A stretch of DNA of 21,185 nucleotides from Promethearchaeota archaeon. Its GTDB lineage: Archaea; Asgardarchaeota; Lokiarchaeia; Sigyniarchaeales; SOKP01. The translations under genes and the position numbers were made by a program. The stretch lies in assembly GCA_048938445.1 (NCBI GenBank), contig JBHLME010000080.1:1-21185 (forward strand). The letters are read 5' to 3'. Of the stretch, positions 1 to 7,264 are shown one piece after another. Below the pieces are notes generated by a model. It had not been told where the DNA came from, ran no database searches, and was given only the letters and a program-made list of their open reading frames with translations. Position 1 is the stretch's first letter. Each line of letters opens with the position of its first letter.

Positions 1-1
1 C

Positions 2-610
2 ACCATCTCTTTACCGGGATGGCACATGATTTATTTCAATTCAACAGATAATATGGGATTTATAGAAGCATCAAATGAACTAAATGTTAAACCGGAGATA
101 TTGGTAATTCAACCCATTAACGGGAATTCGGTACCAATTATAGATGCTTTAGATGAACATTCACGAGGTAATGATCCAATCTCAATCATCGAACATGGTA
201 ATTATGAAACCTCCACAATTGAAACAACATTAGGAAGCACGAGACCTATATATGCTGTTAAAAAATATATAAAATGGCGAGAAGATGGTGGTCGAATAAG
301 TGGAACTCGAGTTATTAATAATGAATTGCTCAAATATAGAAATAAAGTTCTAAAGTTTCTAATTGAAGCAGGAATTTATCCCAATGAGGAACTGGGTTTA
401 CATTATTATGAATTAGAAAAAAGTGGATTTATAGCTTTTACTGGAACATTCAATTCTATCGATATAATTGAATCTGAAAATATTGTAATAAACTTTACAG
501 GTAGATACATAGATCCTACATCAACATTCCCTAAAACTGCAACTCCTCACATTTTATTTGATCCATTAAAAGGAATTGATGAATTATTAAAAGTATTAGA
601 ATTGGATTAA
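2..610 (+). CDS. Hypothetical protein, probably 5'-truncated by the window edge
   Basis: The frame is open from position 2 (TISLPGWH-MIYF...) through the listed ATG at 26 to TAA at 608-610. Composition is globular-protein-like, but no family is recognised. Confidence 0.7.
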   Translation, partial: TISLPGWHMIYFNSTDNMGFIEASNELNVKPEILVIQPINGNSVPIIDALDEHSRGNDPISIIEHGNYETSTIETTLGSTRPIYAVKKYIKWREDGGRISGTRVINNELLKYRNKVLKFLIEAGIYPNEELGLHYYELEKSGFIAFTGTFNSIDIIESENIVINFTGRYIDPTSTFPKTATPHILFDPLKGIDELLKVLELD

Positions 611-710
611 AATTACCTCATAACAAGAATTTTTATTAAAAAACCTCAATTTATTTAATTTAAGAATAGAATATTTTTTTATTATAATTAAATAGTTCTT
701 GGTTAATTAA

Positions 711-2765
711 TTGGTAAAAGTCTCTGAAATATTTGAAAATTCTCCTGGAAAAAAAGTATTAATGTCTGGAAATGAAGCATTTGCTCGAGGTATTTATGAG
801 TCGGGTGTGAGATTTGCTGCTAACTATCCTGGAACACCTTTAAGTGAAGTTGGAGATTATTTAAAATATCTATCAGAAACTTCGGAAGAATTTACGTTTG
901 ATTATGCCTTGAACGAGAAAGTAGCTCTTGAATCTTGTATTGGTGCTAGTTGGGCAGGAGTTAGAACCGTTGTAATGTTCAAGCATGTGGGATTGAATGT
1001 TGCTGCTGATCCATTACATACATTTCCTTACTCTGGAACAAATGGAGGAATGATCATCCTATGTGGAGGAGACCCAGGTATTCTATCATCAACTAATGCC
1101 CAAGATAATAGGTTGTATTCTCTTCATACAAAGATTCCAATTATCGAACCATCTACCGTTCAAGAATGCAAGGATTTTATTAAAGAGGGATTAATGATAT
1201 CTGAAGAATATAATGTTCCTCTATATATTCACGTGACTACTCGGTTATGTCATAGTGAGGGTATTGTTACCTATGGTAAAATAGAAAAACCACAAAAAGT
1301 AGGATATTTCAAAAAAAATCCGAATCGTTTTGTCAATACTTTATGGAAAGCTCAAGCAAACCAAGAAGATTACTTTCAGAGAATAAAAAAAATTAACCAA
1401 AATAAAACTCTCTTTGCATCATTAATAAAGGAAAAAAAAGAAGGAACAGATAGTAACATTGGAATATTAACAAGTGGTATTTGTTATAGTCATGTCGTGC
1501 AAGCATGCAATAAATTAAAAATACAACCTCCAATCCTCAAGTTAGGATTAATATATCCAATTAATAAGGATTATATTCATGATTTTGTGGATAATAATAA
1601 GCTTAAAAAGCTATTAGTCGTTGAGGAATTAGAGCCCTTTATTGAAAACTATATAATCCATATTATTAATAAATATCATAAAAACCTTAGAGAACTTGAA
1701 ATCTTAGGTAAAGACTTTTTACCTCGTACCGGTGAATTAAATACTGAAATCATTATCAAGTTTTTTTCAAATAATTTTGATATTAAAAATAAAAGCTTAT
1801 TGGACAATATATATAAAAAAGAAAGGATCTTAAAAGAAATTTTACCTGAACTACCAATAAGAGAACCTACATTTTGCCCAGGTTGTCCTTATCGTCCAGT
1901 TTTTTATAAGTTAAGAAAAGTAACTGACAAAATTACTAAAGAATTAGGAACTGAATTCATTTATGGAGGAGATATTGGATGTTATACTCTTGCAGAAGTA
2001 TATCCTTACGAAATGATGGATTGGGTAATATGTATGGGTGCAGGAATAGGTATTGCAAATGGAATGTCTCATGTAATAGATTCAAAAAAGCAGAAACTCA
2101 TAACTTTTATTGGAGATAGTACCTTCTTCCATACTGGTATTCAACCTCTCTTAAATGCCATAAAGAATGAAATCGATATAACCATTATCATCTTTAATAA
2201 TGATTGGACAGCAATGACGGGACATCAAGAACATTTAGCAACTCCAAGGAACTTTATAAAGCATTTTGGATCAAAATCACATATAGATAAAAAAGGACTG
2301 AATCTTGTCGCTTTCCTTGAAAGTTTGTCATTGGATAATTTAATAATTACTGAAGCGTATAATCTTGAGAAGCTTGAGAGGATTTTTTCAAATATTTTAA
2401 CTAAAAATGGAACAAATATAATAGTCATTAGAGAAGAATGTGCCTTGGAGAAAAAAAGAAGGTCAAGAAGGCAAATCCAAGATATTAGAAATAAGAAAAG
2501 TGAAACATACTATACCATTTCAGAATCATGCGTTAAATGTAATGAATGTATTGAGATATTGGGGTGTCCAGCAATAAATGCTGAATATGTGAATATAGCG
2601 AAAGATAAAAATAATGAAATTGTGAAAGAATTAAGGTATTATATTGATGAATCACGATGTATTCCTGATATATGTCCAGGAGTATGCAAATTTACTTGCC
2701 CCAACAATTTGATTCGAAAAACAATCATAAATCCTCAATTAGATGAAAAAAAAAGAAAAAAATAA
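711..2765 (+). CDS. iorA: Indolepyruvate:ferredoxin oxidoreductase alpha subunit
   Basis: Motifs GNEAFARG, YPGTP, NEKVALE, KHVGLNVAADP, DPG..SS.NAQDNR, R.PTFCPGCP, GDIGCYTL, TPP-binding GDSTFFHTG...NN..TAMTGHQ, and a C-terminal ferredoxin CVKCNEC...GCPAI. TTG start. Confidence 0.95.
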   Translation: MVKVSEIFENSPGKKVLMSGNEAFARGIYESGVRFAANYPGTPLSEVGDYLKYLSETSEEFTFDYALNEKVALESCIGASWAGVRTVVMFKHVGLNVAADPLHTFPYSGTNGGMIILCGGDPGILSSTNAQDNRLYSLHTKIPIIEPSTVQECKDFIKEGLMISEEYNVPLYIHVTTRLCHSEGIVTYGKIEKPQKVGYFKKNPNRFVNTLWKAQANQEDYFQRIKKINQNKTLFASLIKEKKEGTDSNIGILTSGICYSHVVQACNKLKIQPPILKLGLIYPINKDYIHDFVDNNKLKKLLVVEELEPFIENYIIHIINKYHKNLRELEILGKDFLPRTGELNTEIIIKFFSNNFDIKNKSLLDNIYKKERILKEILPELPIREPTFCPGCPYRPVFYKLRKVTDKITKELGTEFIYGGDIGCYTLAEVYPYEMMDWVICMGAGIGIANGMSHVIDSKKQKLITFIGDSTFFHTGIQPLLNAIKNEIDITIIIFNNDWTAMTGHQEHLATPRNFIKHFGSKSHIDKKGLNLVAFLESLSLDNLIITEAYNLEKLERIFSNILTKNGTNIIVIREECALEKKRRSRRQIQDIRNKKSETYYTISESCVKCNECIEILGCPAINAEYVNIAKDKNNEIVKELRYYIDESRCIPDICPGVCKFTCPNNLIRKTIINPQLDEKKRKK

Positions 2766-2775
2766 AAAAAAATAG

Positions 2776-3822
2776 CTATAATTTTTCAGCTCTAAATACT
2801 GTCACAGGAGTCGTGTATTTAATCTTTGAGAATCCTGCATCTGTTAACCATTGTGTCATATCTTCTTTTTTAAAAGAACCATAAGCACCTTCAAAAACTC
2901 TAATAAGAACGCTTAAATATGGATTTACGCGCGGAATAAACACATTCGTTCCAAAAAAGATCCCTCCAGGACGCAAGACTCGATACACTTCCTTGATAGC
3001 TTTCTTAGGATCCGTCCAATGTAAAACCTGCGATATGTATACATAATCGAAGAATTCATCTTCATATGGTATTTCACTAATGCTTCCAAACTGAAATTTA
3101 GGAAATAATGTTTTATATTCCATTATTTCTTCTCTCGATAAAATCTTATGATGAGCAGCAATGCGATCAAATTCTTCTGTACCTATTCTAATGAAATCGG
3201 TATTGTAATCTATCGCATGTATTTGTAACTTACTATTTGGGTGTACATGCCCCTCTTTATAGTAGTATAACCAAATTGCTGATGTTCCAATGCCCATTCC
3301 ACATCCTCCATCAAGGAATGTTCCAGGTTTTTCGAGTACTTCTGGAGTATATATAAATGCTGCTCGTCGAATTGCTTCATAAGCTTGATTTGCTAACCAA
3401 TCATCCCAATTAAATAAATTAAAAGCCCCTGAAAATTCAAGATACTTGCCTCTCAAGCGATCTGGGAGTCCATCTGCATAATCTAAGAAGATTTCAACAA
3501 TAGATTCATCAAAACCCTTTGGGATTTCAACACCATTAGAATTTAGTGGTTTAAGAAGTTGATATCTGCCATCATTCATTTGCACCATCGTTTTATCACT
3601 TTCCAATGCATTTAAAAGGGTTAGCATATAGTCCTTGTCAGTATAAGAAAAATGTTCCATAATCTCTTCTACTGTTCTTGGAACTACTAAAAAATCATTC
3701 CAAGCTTCATTTACAAGAACCCTAACTACGGTATCCCTATAAAAGACGTTAATTCCCTTAAGTTGCTTTTTAGCTTTCCCAACCTTAAAAATTTCCCTCC
3801 AGGCGTTTATTGCTTTTGAAAT
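2776..3822 (-). CDS. Class I SAM-dependent methyltransferase with N-terminal helical (wHTH-like) extension; probable ATT start
   Basis: Motif I LDGGCGMG, IPYEDEFFDYV, VLHW, EVYRVLRPGG. The frame stays open upstream of the listed ATG at 3660 until TGA at 3829-3831. SD GAGGTGA (3835-3829) lies 6 nt before ATT at 3822. The start position is inferred. Confidence 0.85.
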   Translation of the reverse strand: MSKAINAWREIFKVGKAKKQLKGINVFYRDTVVRVLVNEAWNDFLVVPRTVEEIMEHFSYTDKDYMLTLLNALESDKTMVQMNDGRYQLLKPLNSNGVEIPKGFDESIVEIFLDYADGLPDRLRGKYLEFSGAFNLFNWDDWLANQAYEAIRRAAFIYTPEVLEKPGTFLDGGCGMGIGTSAIWLYYYKEGHVHPNSKLQIHAIDYNTDFIRIGTEEFDRIAAHHKILSREEIMEYKTLFPKFQFGSISEIPYEDEFFDYVYISQVLHWTDPKKAIKEVYRVLRPGGIFFGTNVFIPRVNPYLSVLIRVFEGAYGSFKKEDMTQWLTDAGFSKIKYTTPVTVFRAEKL

Positions 3823-3865
3823 AATTACTCACCTCAAATTTTATTTTACATTTTTTTAAACTTAA

Positions 3866-5044
3866 TCATTCTAATAGTTTTCTTCTATTAACAAAATCAA
3901 TTAATTCTATAAATTCTCCTAGATCTTCATAGTCTTCGATTTTCCTCAGAAATTCAATTAAGCTATTGTCTTGATAGAAAAATGAAAGAATAATTGATTT
4001 TTCAATTGAAAATTCTGAACCCAATCTATTAATAATCCTGTCTATTCTTTCTTTAAATCTTATTTGTATTTTGGAATATAATAGATCATCAGAAATCAAT
4101 CGTGTTATAAGGGGTATTTTAGATTTTGAAATAGGATCTTCGTTAAAAAAATCATTTAACATCAAGAGACGAGGGCTATTGGAAATTAAATTCCCTTCAA
4201 ATAATGCTTTGCCTATAAATTCTTCTAAAACAGGGTTTAACCACTGTAAATTGAGTTCATTTTTTAAATTTATACAAATCACATTAGAGTGTGAAACCCA
4301 TAAATGAAAAGTCTTATCTGCTATTGAAATTGTCAAATAGGGTGGAATTTCTGAATAGATACTATTTGCTTCCATAATTTTTTTAAATAACAGATTCACT
4401 AATTCAATAGAATTTAATAATGGTGTTCGTACCAATTCATAGATCCAATGATCAAATATGTTAAAAATGATGAAGACGTTAAACGTTTGGTGGGATTCAA
4501 TTGCAATTCGCTCTTGCTCTGAATAATTAAAGAATTTTTGAGTTCCATCTTGTTTATTACCATAATTTTCTAATTTTACGATATATGAATTTAGAAAATC
4601 ATAGAGATCTCCATGATCATCTACAAGAACATTATTGACATGTAATTCATTTCTATAGTAATGTGCTACCTTATAAGAACTTAGATCTTTCCCTAAAAAT
4701 TTTTTATGAGGATCTTTTTTAAGATATGAACTTTCATCATTAATGTTTAACTCTATTTTAGAGTTGCATAATTGGCAATTAAAATGCGTTACTTTAATTA
4801 TTTGATCCATTAGTTCGAAATCTACTTTTTGATATCCACGAACCTTAAAGTCTTTATCTAAGAAAATTTGAAAATGATGATCACAGATAGTATCCTTAGG
4901 AATGGATATCGTAGTAAGACCTGATTTTTTTAGAATATTTGATGGAACGTGTATATCTTTTTTAAAGTTGCATGTTGGACATGTTACTGGCACAGTTTGG
5001 CTAATTAGTTCATTTCCATCAATTAAAAAGAGATTTTCTACCAT
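3866..5044 (-). CDS. Lokiarchaeia-type hypothetical protein with N-terminal Cys/His (Zn-binding-like) domain
   Basis: 392-aa ORF with CPTC...GLTTISIP...CDHHFQIFLDKDFKVRGYQKVDF, a pattern I recognise from Lokiarchaeia proteins, followed by a degenerate second copy (CQLC...VAH...LHVNNVLVD). Confidence 0.8.
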   Translation of the reverse strand: MVENLFLIDGNELISQTVPVTCPTCNFKKDIHVPSNILKKSGLTTISIPKDTICDHHFQIFLDKDFKVRGYQKVDFELMDQIIKVTHFNCQLCNSKIELNINDESSYLKKDPHKKFLGKDLSSYKVAHYYRNELHVNNVLVDDHGDLYDFLNSYIVKLENYGNKQDGTQKFFNYSEQERIAIESHQTFNVFIIFNIFDHWIYELVRTPLLNSIELVNLLFKKIMEANSIYSEIPPYLTISIADKTFHLWVSHSNVICINLKNELNLQWLNPVLEEFIGKALFEGNLISNSPRLLMLNDFFNEDPISKSKIPLITRLISDDLLYSKIQIRFKERIDRIINRLGSEFSIEKSIILSFFYQDNSLIEFLRKIEDYEDLGEFIELIDFVNRRKLLE

Positions 5045-5487
5045 TTTTTATCACATCTTTATGTTTTTAATATTGTTAGCTTTTTCTTAATGAGATTAGT
5101 TATGATCTCTTAGCTACTTAATTAATCCCCTAAATAATAATCTTATAACTATAGATATAATGTAACTAATTCATATTTAAACTTTTCCCTTTTTTCACGG
5201 GACAAAATAGAAAAGTTACATTAATGTTATAAAATCATGTTTAAGCATTAAATTTCATTATTAAATGATTTTTATGCTTATCATTTAGAAAAAAAAATAG
5301 ATATTTAAATCAATTTAATCATTAATGTAATTTGAAAAAAAAGAAAATAAAAATTATATGAATAATATTAGGAAATTTAAAAAAATTTCTGCCAAATTTT
5401 TAAAAATTTTAAATTACTTAATAGTTTTATAATAGATAATCCAATAAATAAAAAATTCAGTAGAAAATTGAGATTTAATAAGACTTG

Positions 5488-5501
5488 GAAAGTATACTTT
5501 C
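5488..5501. promoter_or_regulatory. Perfect 14-bp palindrome GAAAGTATACTTTC, candidate transcription-factor operator upstream of iorB
   Basis: The palindrome is read directly. It lies about 15 nt upstream of a TATA-like TTATAAAT (5517-5524) and about 47 nt before the iorB start. Confidence 0.35.
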
Positions 5502-5547
5502 ATAAGTTATGGATAATTATAAATATATAATATTAAAATGGTGATGA

Positions 5548-6238
5548 TTGATAGGAGATATATATAATATACTCATAACCGGAGTTGGAGGGCAAGGGGT
5601 AGTATTACTCGGTAAAATCTTGAGAGAATATGGCATGAAATCTCCATTGATAAAAAATGTCGTTGGTACCGAAACTAGGGGTGTTTCGCAGAGAGAATTT
5701 AGATGAATATATTATAAATTCCTGCATAGAAGGCTCCGTTTCAGCAACGGCACGATATTTGATAGATGGAAGGTTATATTCGTTGGAACAAGATTACGAA
5801 ATTGAAGATTTAATATCTCCAACAATTCCAATTAATGATTCTCACTTGGTCTTAGGTCTTGAACCTTTAGAAACCATCAGAAACATTAAATATATTTCTG
5901 AACAGACAGTTGTAATATTAAACACACATCGAAATTTTCCTAGAAATGTAATAATAGGTTCAGAGAAGGAAAAAAAATATCCCTCAAATGCAGAAATTCT
6001 GGAGAAACTAGATGAATTAGCAAGAAGAGTCATATCAATGAATTTTAATGAATTATCTAATACAAAATTCAACAATCCTATTTATGCTAACAGCATTATT
6101 TTAGGAGCAGGTGTTAAAGAATTCAAAGAAATTTTTGATAAAAAAATGATAATTAACTTGTTAAAAGAATTTTTCAAGGATTCAAAAGAAAATATTGAAG
6201 CATTTGAATTAGGATATAAATTAATTGATTCATCATAA
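5548..6238 (+). CDS. iorB: Indolepyruvate:ferredoxin oxidoreductase beta subunit, intron-split: join(5548..5693,5728..6238), 218 aa
   Basis: Exon 1 (frame 1, TTG at 5548 after GGTGA) reads MIGDIYNILITGVGGQGVVLLGKIL...VVGTETRGVSQR. Exon 2 (frame 2) reads EGSVSATARY...SPTIP...VLGLEPLETIR...NSIILGA...ENIEAFELG. All are IorB/Por-gamma family motifs. The listed ORF at 5657 has a spurious N-terminus. Confidence 0.9.
5694..5727 (+). other. Putative 34-nt bulge-helix-bulge (BHB) intron in iorB mRNA
   Basis: Central helix GCAG(5688-5691)/CTGC(5722-5725); 3-nt bulges AGA(5692-5694) and ATA(5726-5728); inner helix GAATTTA(5695-5701)/TAAATTC(5715-5721); outer helix TTTC(5684-5687)/GAAG(5729-5732). Excision restores the frame. 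An in-frame TGA lies inside the insert at 5704-5706. Confidence 0.85.
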
Positions 6239-6355
6239 CATCTCTTTAGATTAAATTTTTGTTAACAGAAACATCAAGATAAAAATATAATGATTTTTGA
6301 ACTAATATTATTTATATTTCTTGCTTGAATTTTACATATATAGGGAGCGTGTAAA

Positions 6356-7249
6356 ATGAAGGACCAACAACTTAAGGTATTTAAGATCTTATATTCGGGA
6401 GAAATTGAGGAAGTAATAAATACTAAACTAATAGATTTATTTTCTTTATTAAATGTGCTGGCTTTTTATTCACAAGAGAAAAAGAAGTTATATATATGGG
6501 TTGGTTCACATGCTTCAAGAACAATTAAAAATTATATCGTTAAATTGCGTCAAATTTTCACGAATGATTATCCTGAATATCGAGTGTTGAGATACATTAC
6601 CATAGAATCTAAAGCTGAGCCTTTCGAATTTTTTGAAAATACAGGTATTTCAAAACGATCACTTCAAAAAAAGATTTATAGTGAAGAATCAAAATATGAA
6701 GAACATGAAAATGTAATTAACCAAATTAAAGATTTAAAAGATAAAGCAGATACGTATTTTGAGATGGAAAATTATGAACAAGCGATAATTATATCCAAAG
6801 AAATAATCAATAAAGCAAAAGAAATAAATGAAAAATTATTGATCCGTGACCAAATAGAATTTATTTCAGAAGCAGAAGCACGGGCTAAAGCAAAGGTTGC
6901 ATTAAATGATATTAGAATGGAGAAAAAAATATTAAAAAATAAATTTGAGAATATACGACAGAGTTCAGATATAATTAATATTTATAATGAGGCATGCATT
7001 TTTGAGCAGAAATATTTGGAATATTTAGATTTAACAGCACTTTCTGATGCAAAAGCCTTAATAAATAATATTAAATATTCTTATAAAACTTTTAATGATG
7101 AATATGAAAAGTTAGAAAATTTTAACGCATTCCTAGAAGATATAAATGTTTTAAGATTTAAAGCCAAAGAGGCTCTAAAGCAACGTGAATTCCAAGAATC
7201 AATAAAAAAATTTAAAGAAATTTTAATAATCTTGAATAATCGTAATTAA
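6356..7249 (+). CDS. Single gelsolin-like domain protein with C-terminal helical/coiled-coil (TPR-like) region
   Basis: The N-terminal ~100 aa contain LYIWVGSHAS and ITIESKAEPFEFF, matching the gelsolin-repeat consensus (YxWxG..S ... E..E..EF). The rest is E/K-rich helices (KADTYFEMENYEQAI). Confidence 0.7.
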   Translation: MKDQQLKVFKILYSGEIEEVINTKLIDLFSLLNVLAFYSQEKKKLYIWVGSHASRTIKNYIVKLRQIFTNDYPEYRVLRYITIESKAEPFEFFENTGISKRSLQKKIYSEESKYEEHENVINQIKDLKDKADTYFEMENYEQAIIISKEIINKAKEINEKLLIRDQIEFISEAEARAKAKVALNDIRMEKKILKNKFENIRQSSDIINIYNEACIFEQKYLEYLDLTALSDAKALINNIKYSYKTFNDEYEKLENFNAFLEDINVLRFKAKEALKQREFQESIKKFKEILIILNNRN

Positions 7250-7264
7250 TAGAGATGCAAAATA

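Noticed and set aside
5045-5480. ncRNA or CRISPR array in the long AT-rich intergenic region
   Set aside because: No regular repeat-spacer pattern and no GC-rich structured segment. Only weak A/T hairpins are present.
5657-5727. Listed ORF N-terminus MSLVPKLGVFRRENLDEYIINSC as the real start of iorB
   Set aside because: It lacks the GVGGQG motif, which is encoded in another frame upstream. It is the off-frame reading of exon 1 plus the intron.
5694-5727. Spliceosomal-type intron, selenocysteine readthrough or ribosomal frameshift as explanations for the iorB break
   Set aside because: One register ends in TAG but none begins with GT or GC. Readthrough of the UGA would not fix the frame. A frameshift would leave about 11 extra residues in a conserved motif. 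The BHB explains the break exactly.
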